Below, piece by piece: positions 19,800-31,079 of a stretch of DNA of 64,000 nt. Every line of letters starts with the position of its first letter. Position 1 is the first letter of the stretch. The notes beneath the pieces are model-generated. The model was not told the DNA's origin. It did not search any database and saw only the letters and a program-made list of their open reading frames with translations. Source of the DNA: Nitrosopumilus sp. (GTDB taxonomy: Archaea; Thermoproteota; Nitrososphaeria; Nitrososphaerales; Nitrosopumilaceae); NCBI GenBank assembly GCA_965197525.1, contig OZ240211.1:512001-576000 (forward strand), read 5' to 3'. The translations under genes and the position numbers were made by a program.

Positions 19800-21479
19800 T
19801 CAATAAAGATAACTCATTAATTTAATCTCTTCTTCAGTGCTAATGATGTTTTTAGCTGTTAGAACTTCTAACAGATCCTTAAAAAGTGCTTTTTGCTCAC
19901 TAGACATTCCACCGGTAGGACCCTTATCACCTGGTAATCCCGGAGGACCTCGTGGGCCTGGAGGACCTAATGGGCCTTGCTCACCTGGAGGACCTTGCTC
20001 ACCTAGAGGGCCTAATGGGCCTTTTGAACCTCGCTCTCCTTGAGGACCCTGAATTCCTTGTGGGCCTTGTGGGCCTTTCTCACCTGCAGGACCGGTAGGA
20101 CCTCGCTCTCCTTGGGAACCTTGTGGGCCTTGTGGGCCTTTGGCGCCTACAGGACCTAGTGGGCCGGTAGAGCCTCGCTCTCCAATCTGTCCGACACGTC
20201 CCTTCTCACCTCGCTCACCCTGTATTCCTGGAACGCCTGTCATTCCTTTCTCACCTGGAGGACCTTGTGGGCCTTGTGGACCAGTCTCACCTTGTGGACC
20301 ATCAACGCCCTTGTTTCCTTTCTCACCGGGGGGACCAGTTGGACCTGCTAGTCCTTTTGGACCTTTGTCGCCTTGTGGACCCGTAACACCTGTTAATCCT
20401 TTTGAGCCTGTGGCGCCCTGCGGGCCTTGTAGACCCTTCTCACCTGGAGAACCTTTGTCACCAGTTGGGCCTTTCTCACCCGTAGCACCTTGTGGGCCAA
20501 GTAAACCTTGTGGACCTTTGTCGCCTTTGATTCCAACAGGACCTGTTAATCCTTTTGAACCCACAGGACCGGGGGAACCTTGCGGACCTTTGTCGCCCGG
20601 AGAACCGAGTTGGCCTGTAGGGCCTTTTGAACCCTTATCCCCCATATGACCATGAGGACCTTTGTCACCTATAGGGCCTTTGTCACCAGTTGGACCCTTG
20701 GTGCCCACAGGACCTGCAGGACCTTGCAGTCCTTTGTCACCCTGAATTCCAGGAAAGCCAGTTGGGCCCTTTTCACCAGCAGGTCCAGGTGGACCGGTAA
20801 GTCCTTTGTCACCAGGCATGCCCTGTGGGCCTTTGTCACCCTTATCGCCAATAACCCCGCGTAAACCAAGAGGGCCTTTGTCGCCAAGAGGACCTTTGTC
20901 ACCTGGAGGACCACGCTCACCTTGCACACCTGAAGGTCCAGATGGACCTTTGTCACCTTTAGAACCCATACGTCCAGAGGATCCAGTAGAAACGGCAATA
21001 TCAGATGAGCCTTCAGGCGTGGATGGTTTTTGTCGTCCAGATGAGGGTTTGGTAATAGTAGAAGAGGAGGAGGAGGAAGAGGAAGATGCAGGAGGAACAA
21101 TAGACATGCCAGATTTAACATCATGTGTAGCAGAAGCATCTGCATCCTTGCTGGATTTATCAGTTTTTAGAGCCTTCTTTTTCAAAGAGACCTCAAATAC
21201 AGTATGTGCAGAAGAGAACGAATCATATGCGACAATCCAAATTTTATCTAGTGCGTCAATTGACGGAGGCAGTGGATTTAGTGCAGACCCCAGCGTTTCA
21301 AAAAACACGCCATCGCGTACGCGTAGATGAAAGTGGTCTTTCCAGAGATATTTGAACTGTTTTGACATTATGGAATCATCAGTAGGCTTGGATGTTGTGA
21401 TAGCAATTTCAGTCTCATAGACTCCAGGCTGGGTTATTGGCGCAGGTCCGCTTACCTCTAACTTTGATGCAGATGACAC
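19800..21479 (-). CDS. Collagen-like protein (about 120 Gly-X-Y triplets)
   Basis: Long GXY run (GDKGP, GPQGP, GEKG) between an N-terminal globular region and a short helical C-terminus. Confidence 0.92.
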   Translation of the reverse strand: MSSASKLEVSGPAPITQPGVYETEIAITTSKPTDDSIMSKQFKYLWKDHFHLRVRDGVFFETLGSALNPLPPSIDALDKIWIVAYDSFSSAHTVFEVSLKKKALKTDKSSKDADASATHDVKSGMSIVPPASSSSSSSSSTITKPSSGRQKPSTPEGSSDIAVSTGSSGRMGSKGDKGPSGPSGVQGERGPPGDKGPLGDKGPLGLRGVIGDKGDKGPQGMPGDKGLTGPPGPAGEKGPTGFPGIQGDKGLQGPAGPVGTKGPTGDKGPIGDKGPHGHMGDKGSKGPTGQLGSPGDKGPQGSPGPVGSKGLTGPVGIKGDKGPQGLLGPQGATGEKGPTGDKGSPGEKGLQGPQGATGSKGLTGVTGPQGDKGPKGLAGPTGPPGEKGNKGVDGPQGETGPQGPQGPPGEKGMTGVPGIQGERGEKGRVGQIGERGSTGPLGPVGAKGPQGPQGSQGERGPTGPAGEKGPQGPQGIQGPQGERGSKGPLGPLGEQGPPGEQGPLGPPGPRGPPGLPGDKGPTGGMSSEQKALFKDLLEVLTAKNIISTEEEIKLMSYLY

Positions 21480-21595
21480 AATGTTCGTAGGCGCTTCATG
21501 TATTTTTGTATTTAGATCGTCTATGTTGATGCCAAATATGGGATATAATTTCCATTAAGATTGGTATTTAACTAGATAATGTCATAATTTGAGCT

Positions 21596-22717
21596 GTGAA
21601 GAAACTATTTGGTAAAAAATCAAAGGAAGAAAAAGAACCAAAAGAGAAGATAATTCCAAAAGAGAGAAGTTTGATAGATTCAGACTATAACCGCAAGAGA
21701 TTGTTCAAAAAGGGAATTAACCTGATGGCAGATGAAAAGTTAGAAGAAGCAGTAGATGTATTTCAGCAAGCACTACGAATTGAGCCAGACAATATTGAAA
21801 CACTGATGAAGTTAGGATATGCGAGATTTCATCTAGATGATCATTCAGAGGCATTGCGGATTTATGATAGAATTTTAGAAATCGATGTGGCCAATCCCGA
21901 AGCATGGAATCTAAAAGGACTAGTACATTATGAACAAAAAAAATATGCTAAAGCATTAGATGCGGTAGAAAAAGCAATAGAGTCAGATCCAACATACGGA
22001 ATGGCATGGTATAATCATGCATGTTTCTTGTCACTGTTAAATCAGGTTCCAGAATCACTTGAGTCATTAAAACGTTCTATTGAGATAGATGTAAAAAATG
22101 CAAGAAGATCAATACGTGATAAAGATTTTGTAAATGTGCGAATTGAAGAAGGGTTCAAAAGAATACAAGAAGTGGTGGTTTTGGAATCAATTAAACAAGG
22201 ATATCACACACTTGGTGCAATTGTATGGCCAACATTTCTTGATAAAGCAGACGCAGAAAACGCATTAAAAAAATTATTAGAGAAAGGATTAATTGTACAA
22301 AATGAAAAACGTGAGGGTTTAAGCAGGATTCCAGTTTATGATCTTGCAGACAACGTAGCAGAAAAAATAGGCAAGGAGAAAAAAGGATTATTTGGAATTA
22401 CCAGAAAAACATTACCCAAACCAATAAAACACTTAAAAGAACTAGGACAGGCAATTCAAGCGGTCAAAGAAGCCATAGAAGATGAAGATCTAGAAAAGAC
22501 CACAAAGTGCTTTGATGTATTCATAGATCCTGCAAAGTCAGGTGAGCAGATGATTGAGATTTTCTTTGATGAACACAGAGAGATAAGATTGTGGAAGATT
22601 AGGTTAAAGGACAGAGGTGTAGACTATCTAATCGATAACAAAGAAAAGATGTTGACTCTATTTGATAACATAGAAGGTACTGTAACTAAAAAACTTCGTA
22701 ACGAGATATCATCCTAG
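21596..22717 (+). CDS. Tetratricopeptide-repeat protein
   Basis: Several TPR motifs (AWNLKG, AWYNHAC, ALRIEPDN). Confidence 0.9.
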   Translation: MKKLFGKKSKEEKEPKEKIIPKERSLIDSDYNRKRLFKKGINLMADEKLEEAVDVFQQALRIEPDNIETLMKLGYARFHLDDHSEALRIYDRILEIDVANPEAWNLKGLVHYEQKKYAKALDAVEKAIESDPTYGMAWYNHACFLSLLNQVPESLESLKRSIEIDVKNARRSIRDKDFVNVRIEEGFKRIQEVVVLESIKQGYHTLGAIVWPTFLDKADAENALKKLLEKGLIVQNEKREGLSRIPVYDLADNVAEKIGKEKKGLFGITRKTLPKPIKHLKELGQAIQAVKEAIEDEDLEKTTKCFDVFIDPAKSGEQMIEIFFDEHREIRLWKIRLKDRGVDYLIDNKEKMLTLFDNIEGTVTKKLRNEISS

Positions 22718-22831
22718 TATTCAGTAAAGAAGCAGAGTCATTGGATAACCACAAGATACAGATGATTTAACGTACATTGACTAGGAAAAAAATGAACGTA
22801 TAATTTTGTAGCAAGAGCGAGATTATTGGTC

Positions 22832-24637
22832 TCAGGCAGCGCATTCGCCTTTTCCAGTCTTTGTATGGTAGCTAGTGTCATTACCATAATCAAGATAAAA
22901 GTCAGGATCATCTTGTTTTGTAGGGGGAATGACTAGGGGTGCTAATATTTTTTTGATATCAAGAATGGATGTAATCTGGGAGTCTTCATTATCATTTACA
23001 ACCCTATGAATCCAGGACTTTAGAGTGTCATCGGATTTTTTATTCTCTTTGAATAACTCGATGATCTTCAGTATAACAGGTATGACTCTTTTTGCCGGAA
23101 CACGAAGGCATATTTTTCCAAGCATGGTATCACCATCAGAGCGCCCACCCAATGACATCTGATAGTTTGCATACATGTCCTTCCCAATGCGTCCTCCGCC
23201 GCCAAAGAATCCAATAGTTGCAATACCGTGCTGGCCACAAGAGTTAGGACAGCCACTTATCTTTATAGAGGAATCATATAGATCCTCGTCTTCGTCGAAT
23301 TTTAATTCAAGGAGCTTTCTTTGAATCTCTTTTGCTAATCTGTGAGAATTTGTCAAGGCAAGATTGCACGAGGTAGTACCAGAGCATCCAATAGGTGTAG
23401 TCATGGTTAACGCACCAGATTTTGCCAGTCCTACCTGAATCAGGGCAGAGTACAAACGTGGCAGGTCGTCCTCATGCACAAAGCGTAATGAAATGTTTTG
23501 TGAAAAACCACACCTAGCCTTACCTTCAGCAGAAAAGTTACGAATTATATCAGCCAGCGAATGTAGCTGACTGGCAGTAATGTCACCTGCCTCCAAAGTT
23601 AAAAATGCACTACGATATCCTGGCTGCGATTGTTTTTCAGTATTAGTCTTTAGCCACCGAGCATATCCTTCTAAAGGTCCGTCGCCGCCGCTCTCGTCTG
23701 ATATTGTAATTGGTCGCTTTATGTCAGCCGGGGTAGTGTTAATATCCAATTGCGTAACTATTGATTGAGTACTCCTTACAAGAGCCCTCTCTTTGAGAAC
23801 AAGATTCTTGAACTTTTCCCAGCCCATATCGTTGACAAGATAACGCATTCTATTTCGTGCGAGATTTTTCCTATCGCCTAATCTGTCAAATATTCTCAAT
23901 ACAGAAATAGATGTATACAACAGATCATCTTCAGGTGTAAATTCTTCTAGTTGATGTCCTACAAATGACTTGTTTCCCAATCCTCCACCTAGAAAAATTT
24001 TGAATCCTCTTTGAGATACGCCATCGATTTGACGAATCTGTGGAGCTAATCCAACATCAACCATTCTTACCATGCCATGTTTCTCACAACAAGTAAAATT
24101 GAACTTGAATTTACGTGGAAGAGATTGTGCCATTGGGTTCCTTAAAAAGAATTTTGCAGTTGCAAGCGCATAAGGAGTTGAATCAAATAACTCATCAGGA
24201 CATACACCAGACAATGGGCTGCACATGACATTTCTTACAGAGTTTCCGCATGCCTCTCGAGATGTCAAGCCAACTTCGGCAAGACCCCGAAATATTTCAG
24301 AGACATCCTCAAGTACCACCCAGTGAAGCTGAATATTCTCCCGAGTGGAGAAATGTGCGCTTCCAATAGAGTACTGTTCACTTAGTTGAGATATCTTTTC
24401 GAGTTGTTCGGGATACACCTCGCCTGCAGGGAGTTTGATTCTTACCATTGCATAGTCAGAGGTCATCCTAGTGCCATACGCTCCGTGCTGGAGTCTAAAT
24501 CGTCTGAAACTATCCTCAGAGTACTTGCCCTGACGGAATAATTTTACTGTGGCAGCAAAGTTATCGGCCTCTTCAATTCTAGCCCAATTGATAGAGGGTT
24601 TTGAAATATGTTGTACTTTGGTATCAGACAAGGTCAA
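22832..24637 (-). CDS. sir: Ferredoxin-dependent sulfite/nitrite reductase
   Basis: STRENIQLH, LPRKFK, GCSGTTSC and ISGCPNSCG siroheme/4Fe-4S ligands. Confidence 0.92.
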   Translation of the reverse strand: MTLSDTKVQHISKPSINWARIEEADNFAATVKLFRQGKYSEDSFRRFRLQHGAYGTRMTSDYAMVRIKLPAGEVYPEQLEKISQLSEQYSIGSAHFSTRENIQLHWVVLEDVSEIFRGLAEVGLTSREACGNSVRNVMCSPLSGVCPDELFDSTPYALATAKFFLRNPMAQSLPRKFKFNFTCCEKHGMVRMVDVGLAPQIRQIDGVSQRGFKIFLGGGLGNKSFVGHQLEEFTPEDDLLYTSISVLRIFDRLGDRKNLARNRMRYLVNDMGWEKFKNLVLKERALVRSTQSIVTQLDINTTPADIKRPITISDESGGDGPLEGYARWLKTNTEKQSQPGYRSAFLTLEAGDITASQLHSLADIIRNFSAEGKARCGFSQNISLRFVHEDDLPRLYSALIQVGLAKSGALTMTTPIGCSGTTSCNLALTNSHRLAKEIQRKLLELKFDEDEDLYDSSIKISGCPNSCGQHGIATIGFFGGGGRIGKDMYANYQMSLGGRSDGDTMLGKICLRVPAKRVIPVILKIIELFKENKKSDDTLKSWIHRVVNDNEDSQITSILDIKKILAPLVIPPTKQDDPDFYLDYGNDTSYHTKTGKGECAA

Positions 24638-24778
24638 TGTAAAGAAAATCCATAGAGCGGTTATAAATTTTTAAGAATAGGATATTATTGACTAAAAAAT
24701 TTGTAAATATACAGAATATTCCTATTTTAACGCATAATACTCAAACATCCATATCATATTTTGAAGATATTGTATAGG

Positions 24779-26187
24779 GGTTCTGTCTAATCATAGTGAG
24801 ATAAAATCTAAACTCCGAAAAAAAGTTTTGTTGTAATATTAACAAAGTGTCTTTTTCCCATCAGTTGACTTTGACATATCGACTATTTGGATTACCGGTG
24901 TACAGGGTTCCAACATCGCTAACTCAAAAACATTAGACTTCGCTTCACTTATGCCAACTCTACTATCCCTAAACCTAGGGGACAGTTTGTGAGGTATATT
25001 TATAGCAGCAATAACGTCTCTGTCCATAAACAACCCACAATTATTGCACGACTTTTTACGATGGTGTTGCAAGTCCTCTTGGAGTTTCTTTCCGCATCTT
25101 GGACATTGCGAGCTCGTGTTTTTTGGGTCTACAAATTTTACTGGAAGCCCTACCCATTGGGCTTTGTATTGTATTTGTCTTTGAAATTCAAAGAATTGCC
25201 ATCCGTTTAATCTACGTCTGTACTTGTTACCTTGACCATTGCCTTTCTTGTATAATTTTCTTATTCCTTTTAGATCTTCTAGAATAATCATGGTTTTGTT
25301 TTTGACTGCTCGTTCTACAATATCTTTTGAGATTCTATGTATGTATTGTTTGGTTCTTTGAGACATTCTTCTCTGCTTTATCTTCCAGAACTGATCTTTC
25401 TTTCTACGGTCATTTCTATGAAATCCAGCTCTAGCGTGTATTGTATTTTCTTTAATTGATAGTAATTTATTTGTCTTGTATACTATAACTTTTTTCTCAT
25501 TCCCACAAGTGACATTTCTAAGATTTCTGTCTAATTCCTACCGGTACATTAGTACATTCTATTTCTTCAACTTTTTTTGAAACACAAAAACTGATACTTT
25601 TTTCATTCATAATAAATGATCTTATATTTAAATCAGGATTAGATAGTATTTTTTGAGTGTGATCATTTAATAATATGTTTATGGGGTTTCTATTTTTGTA
25701 TGGTATTGTCATTAAACTACCATTATGTTTGATACCATAACAATTTGTAATAAATAACTTTTTTACAACTAGGTCTCTTACTGTAACACCACGCTTTATT
25801 GACTGTTTTCTGTTAGATAGTATGCCAACAGCACGTGATATTGCATTTATTTTATATGAACCTAAAACATCATAGTCTCTAAATTCATGATAACAAAGTG
25901 GAGACAACTGTTTCAAACTATGTACGTCTTCTCTTAACCCTATTCTAATGGAACGATTTACCATTTTTATGAATATCTCCATCAACTCTTTTAGATCAGA
26001 ATTTGGTGTATGTTTCTGTGTTATTGATTTTAATGCCTTCATACTACTAGAACATGTTTTATTTTTTTAATAAAGGTACTTTTTTTGAAATTATTTTTAT
26101 TCTTTGCCACTTGATAATCCAATAAAACCATTATTTGTTATTGTAAATCTAGATAAAAATTTATCTCCCTATAAATAGACAGAACAC
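24779..26187 (-). mobile_element. Family-1 element copy C (1409 bp) with 8-bp TSD TGTATAGG
   Basis: TSD at 24771-24778 and 26188-26195. Ends GGTTCTGTCTAATCATAGTGAGATAAA vs G[T]GTTCTGTCTATTTATAGGGAGATAAA. Confidence 0.9.
24839..26042 (-). pseudogene. tnpB: tnpB split by a +1 frameshift at RuvC-I
   Basis: ORFs 25518-26042 and 24839-25366 join via GTAGGAAT[T]AGACAGAAAT (extra base near 25533). Removing it restores VGIDRNLRNVTCG. Confidence 0.9.
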
Positions 26188-26205
26188 TGTATAGGTAAGT
26201 ATTAA

Positions 26206-27048
26206 TTGTTTATGCTACAAGAATACAATATGCAAAAGGCGACCATAGCAGAGCAATCAACTAAGATATTTACAGATGTTCGTGAAGTAGATATTACACG
26301 TGCAATTGCAGATGAATTTCACAGTGTACTCGTCGATAGAGCAGATTCAGATGTTATAATAATTGGAGCAGGGCCTGCAGGGCTAACTGCAAGCAGAGAA
26401 CTATCAAACATGGGTTTTAAAGTTCTAGTCATTGAACAAAATAACTATCTAGGAGGAGGTTATTGGCTGGGAGGATATATGATGAATCCAGTCACAGTAA
26501 GAGAACCGGCACAGAAGATTTGGGATGAGCTGGGAATACCCTACAAAAAAGTTGCAGATGGATTGTATTTGACGCCAGGTCCACATGCCGTATCAAAATT
26601 GATTGCAGCAGCATGTGATGCAGGAGTAAAGTTCCTCAATCTTACAAAATTCGACGATCTAGTTATGAAAAATAATAGGGTTGCAGGAATTGTAGTTAAC
26701 TGGATGCCGGTATCAGCATTACCACGCAACATTACATGTGTAGATCCAGTTGCATTTGAGGCAAAGATAATCATTGATGCATCAGGCCATGATTCAGTAG
26801 CTGTAAAAAGATTGGTAGATAGAGGACTAGTCAACTGGAAAGGAATGAACCCAATGTATGTCAACGAAGGAGAAGAACACGTGGTAAACAAGACAGGCGA
26901 GGTATACCCAGGACTAATTGCAGCAGGGATGTCAGTGACTGAAACACACGGATTGGCAAGGATGGGACCTACATTTGGTTCAATGCTTTACTCTGGTAAA
27001 AAAGCAGCAGATATTACAGCAATGAAGATCAAAGAGATGGAAAGATAA
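26206..27048 (+). CDS. thi4: Sulfide-dependent adenosine diphosphate thiazole synthase
   Basis: IIGAGPAGL, LGGGYWLGG, CVDP, DASGHD, RMGPTFGSMLYSG. Confidence 0.95.
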   Translation: MFMLQEYNMQKATIAEQSTKIFTDVREVDITRAIADEFHSVLVDRADSDVIIIGAGPAGLTASRELSNMGFKVLVIEQNNYLGGGYWLGGYMMNPVTVREPAQKIWDELGIPYKKVADGLYLTPGPHAVSKLIAAACDAGVKFLNLTKFDDLVMKNNRVAGIVVNWMPVSALPRNITCVDPVAFEAKIIIDASGHDSVAVKRLVDRGLVNWKGMNPMYVNEGEEHVVNKTGEVYPGLIAAGMSVTETHGLARMGPTFGSMLYSGKKAADITAMKIKEMER

Positions 27049-27238
27049 GCGATAACAAAGTTCAGATATAATGTAACATGTTCAAAAACTAGATTTTTTT
27101 CAAATAACATCCAGATCAAGCACAAAAATAGATGCAGTTAGAAGATTGTGAAAATAACGTACGACGAATACGAACTAGGAAAAACAAAGGATAAAAGTAG
27201 AAAAAAATGAATAGCGTGTCATCTGCAGATGATCGGCA

Positions 27239-28093
27239 ATGCCTGAAATATCTAAGATTATTTTATATGACGAGGCGGCAGTTTCTGAAACTCAACTAGA
27301 CGACATAAAGAAATTCATAGCTGATACGTTTTCAATAAAGGTAGAATCAAAAAGAGGCATAGTTCAAACACTGAATAACTCAGATGACAAAAATAAGATA
27401 TTAGAAGAAATATCAAGTACAAAAATTTTTGATTTAAAAAAACAGTTTCAAAAACAAAAAAATGTTTTGGCAAATACGAATATACAAACAGAGATAGTAA
27501 AAAAAAATATCATAAATAACAGTGTGGCAGCAATAAAAGAAAGCAATAATGCAATGACGACATTGTATGACGGATTTGAATTACAAAAGACTATTACAAA
27601 ATTCCTTCCAAAAGACGAGGATGCGATAGATATCTTGCATGTAATTGTTACAAACAAACTTGTATGTACATTTGATGATGAAGACTATAGATATCATGCA
27701 AGAGCGTTAATTAGCGCAAATCCCACGATAATTTCAACAAGCGGGATTGTTGAAGCTCCTGCAAAGCCAAAGCAATACTATATTGACATGATTACATGCT
27801 ATTCAAAAGAGCAGAGCCGAGAGATCAATGCAAGATATCAAGATGAGTTTTTAAAATATAATGATTCAAGATTAAACGATGTCATAAAAGGATACGTGCT
27901 ACAGGCCATAATATATTATTATTATGCAGAAGAAGCATTTTGTAAGAATAAAGAATGTAGACTGTTTAATGCACATTGGCAAAAAGATCTGATTTATTCA
28001 CAGGTTACAAACAAAAAGTTTTGTAAAAAACATGCAGATATGATAGATAAACTCAAGGATAGATGTTCTGCAAAGTCAGCTGGAGACAAATAG
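27239..28093 (+). CDS. Conserved archaeal protein (DUF6775-like putative metallopeptidase)
   Basis: TFDDEDYRYHAR, EAPAKP, FCKNKECRLFNAHWQ. Confidence 0.7.
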   Translation: MPEISKIILYDEAAVSETQLDDIKKFIADTFSIKVESKRGIVQTLNNSDDKNKILEEISSTKIFDLKKQFQKQKNVLANTNIQTEIVKKNIINNSVAAIKESNNAMTTLYDGFELQKTITKFLPKDEDAIDILHVIVTNKLVCTFDDEDYRYHARALISANPTIISTSGIVEAPAKPKQYYIDMITCYSKEQSREINARYQDEFLKYNDSRLNDVIKGYVLQAIIYYYYAEEAFCKNKECRLFNAHWQKDLIYSQVTNKKFCKKHADMIDKLKDRCSAKSAGDK

Positions 28094-28164
28094 TTTTGTT
28101 GAGAAACCATACCATAGGGCACAAAATGTTAAAAAATACAAAAAATCATTCTTCAAGTAATAAA

Positions 28165-29178
28165 TTACTCTACAACCGACGAACCAAATACATAACCTAA
28201 TCTAAGAACAAGCCAAATACGTTCTGACTCTTCATCAGCTGTATCAGGATCGTCATAGACTATCCAAGTCCGACGATGATCTTGAAGATCAGCCATAATA
28301 TCTTCAGACGAACGTGCTGTATTATCAAGTATGTCTGATGTTTGTCCTTTGGCGTTTTGGTCAGAACCATCTGCCACTATGGTGTAATCATCAGAGTCCA
28401 AGACAAACAAGTGGTTGGTACTAGTACTGCTGTCTAATCCATTAATAGTTGCAAATGTTAGTGTTGTGCCCTTGTCTCTGAACAGATCAAGGTATTCATC
28501 AACTATATTTTGAGCTCTAACGGCAGAGGTCAGATAGTATCCGGAACCAAATATGTAATCATCATGTAATAACAGTCGAGTATGTTTGATGTGAGGGGTA
28601 TTATTAAACTCAATAGTATATTCAACCCAAGTAGCGCCGTTAAGTGCAAGATCTTCTAGTATCTAGCTGTTCGGCCTGTCAGGATTTGCAAGAATATCTA
28701 AAAGCGGTACAGGAACATCATCACCTGCATCAGATACAATATTCATGTCAGAATCCAGTATGAATGGGAACGTGGGACCAAGATACAATAGCGTAGGCAA
28801 GTTCAAATAATAAATGATGCCAGGAAGTGCATCATATAAATTTGCGTATGCTTTTGTTAGAGATTCAACTATAAGTTTAGAAGGAACATAGTAGCCAGAA
28901 CCATAGTAGCCATTGCTATAAACTAGTGTGGCTTCTTTGTGTTGTATTGTATTAGTTGCAGGATTGATAAATGGATATCTTAATATTATTTCATCAGATA
29001 ATGCGCGAAAATCAAACCTATCTACGTTAATATTTCCATTGAAGAGGAAATCACTAGCGTTTGTGTTTACAAGATCAGGATATGCACCTTCTGCAACCAC
29101 GGTTAATGTATCAGCATCAATAACAAACGGATATGGCGAATCATCAACACTATTCAATCCGTTGATGGTATCAAACAC
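28165..29178 (-). pseudogene. Multi-Cache-domain protein, 5'-truncated with in-frame TAG
   Basis: ORFs 28663-29178 and 28165-28410 are one frame interrupted by TAG at 28663-28665 (PNS*ILEDLALNGATWVEY...HDDYIFGSGYY). Three YPF...GSGYY-type Cache repeats. Confidence 0.8.
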
Positions 29179-29348
29179 TGCTTGTCCGTCATGATATTAA
29201 ATAATGACTAGTACCATATGGATTGAATTGTAAATCCGCGCATTACTATAGCATAATTCAAATCTCCATTTGATTGGGCCCTCGAGATTGTTTCTGACTA
29301 ATGAGAATAGTATATTGACTTAAATTATTGAAAGAAAAGATATAGCAT

Positions 29349-30374
29349 ATGATGGCAGCAGATGCTGGAACGACAGCAATGATACAAACAAAGGGAGACG
29401 AGGGAGGCAAAGACAAAGGGCCAGCAGTGCCAGAGAGGAAAAAGACAAAATTCGATGTTATAATCATTGGAGCAGGCCCTTCAGGATATACTGCAGGAAT
29501 TTACTGTTCTAGAGCAGGGTATGAAACCTTGATTTTATCAGGAATACTACCAGGAGGGCAGCTAGTCAACACAACAGACGTAGAGAACTATCCGGGATTT
29601 GAAGATGGTATAATGGGTCCAGATTTGATGATCGAGATGAGAAAACAAACTCAAAGAATGGGAACAACGATTATCGATGATGAGGTAGTAGATGTAGATT
29701 TTAGACGAAGACCGTTAAAAGTACTAACAGCATCAGAAGAATACGAAGGACGTGCTGTCATCATTGCAACAGGTGCAAATCCAAAAAAGATGGGGTTAGA
29801 AGGAGAGACAACATTTGCAGGAAAAGGTGTATCGTACTGTGCAACATGCGATGGGCCATTCTTTAGAAATCAGGAAATAATAGTTGTTGGAGGGGGAGAC
29901 TCTGCAATAGAAGAAGCAACATTTTTGACAAAATTTGCAACTAACGTACATCTAGTACATAGACGAGATGAATTACGTGCCAGTAAGGTAATGCAGAAAA
30001 GAGCAACGAATAATGAAAAGATAAAGTTCCATTGGAATTCAGTTATAACTCAAATAAATGGAGATCAGAAGATGAAACAAGTGACGTTAAAGAACATCAA
30101 GACAGACAAAGAGACAGTACTTGATGCAGGTGCTTTGTTTGTTGCAATTGGACATACACCAAATACAAAATTATTCAGTAGTCAAATTGAACTAGATGAA
30201 CAAGGATACATCATATTAAAAGAAAAAACATCTACCAATATTCAAGGAGTCTTTGCAGCAGGTGATGTGCATGACAAGAATTATCGACAAGCAGTTACAG
30301 CAGCAGGATATGGATGTATGGCAGCAATTGATGTTGACAAGTATCTCACAGAAAGTGTAGATACACAAGAATGA
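29349..30374 (+). CDS. trxB: Thioredoxin-disulfide reductase
   Basis: GAGPSG, GGQL, CATCDG, GGGDSA, FAAGDV. Confidence 0.97.
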   Translation: MMAADAGTTAMIQTKGDEGGKDKGPAVPERKKTKFDVIIIGAGPSGYTAGIYCSRAGYETLILSGILPGGQLVNTTDVENYPGFEDGIMGPDLMIEMRKQTQRMGTTIIDDEVVDVDFRRRPLKVLTASEEYEGRAVIIATGANPKKMGLEGETTFAGKGVSYCATCDGPFFRNQEIIVVGGGDSAIEEATFLTKFATNVHLVHRRDELRASKVMQKRATNNEKIKFHWNSVITQINGDQKMKQVTLKNIKTDKETVLDAGALFVAIGHTPNTKLFSSQIELDEQGYIILKEKTSTNIQGVFAAGDVHDKNYRQAVTAAGYGCMAAIDVDKYLTESVDTQE

Positions 30375-30533
30375 TTTGATGTCAACAAGTATTTTAAAAA
30401 TTTACAACTTGATATATAGATAGAACACTATATTGTATCAAGGAAAATAATAGAGATAACTAGGATTATAGGATGAGACAGTATATTAAAAATAAAAATT
30501 CAAATTCTTATTACATGTATAAATATACAAAGT

Positions 30534-31007
30534 ATGAAAGAGAAGACAAATGATCAAAGAAAACAAATGAAAGAATGCAGTGATGTATTAGCAGAGATAG
30601 GATCAGAATTAGCCAATATACAATTTAGTTACAAGGTAAAAGAGATAGCCTCAAAGGAGTATTGGGAAAGCAGAATTGACCATTTTAAGAGATATACCGA
30701 AAAAGGATTAGAATATTACAATCAAGCGTATAACATGATGAATATGATAAATAGATATGAGGCACAGATGTTTTTATTAAATATAAGTAAATTCAGACAA
30801 CAAAGTAAGGCATTAGTTAAAGTTATGGAAAAGATAATTGAGAATCCATCAATAATCGATTATAAAGATAAACAGCAAAGCAGATGGAGTAGAGAGATCA
30901 AAAATCGGATAATACAGGATAGCGATAATGCTTTACAGCATGAAAAGAGAATGAACACCATATTTAGAGAATTTTGTGATAAACATTTGAAAGATATGGA
31001 AAAGTAA
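30534..31007 (+). CDS. Hypothetical helical protein
   Basis: 157-aa ORF filling the intergenic space with host-like composition. Confidence 0.7.
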   Translation: MKEKTNDQRKQMKECSDVLAEIGSELANIQFSYKVKEIASKEYWESRIDHFKRYTEKGLEYYNQAYNMMNMINRYEAQMFLLNISKFRQQSKALVKVMEKIIENPSIIDYKDKQQSRWSREIKNRIIQDSDNALQHEKRMNTIFREFCDKHLKDMEK

Positions 31008-31079
31008 TCATTATTGTTGAATTAGCGGGTTATCAAGACTGTTGTTGTTGTTGTTATTGCCATCTATTGCTATTGTTGT

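Noticed and set aside
19837-21330. Pro/Gly/Cys-rich + strand ORFs
   Set aside because: These are antisense shadows of the collagen GXY codons.
28663-28665. Pyrrolysine read-through of in-frame TAG
   Set aside because: The position aligns to Gln in the paralogue, the gene is also 5'-truncated, and no pyl genes are seen.
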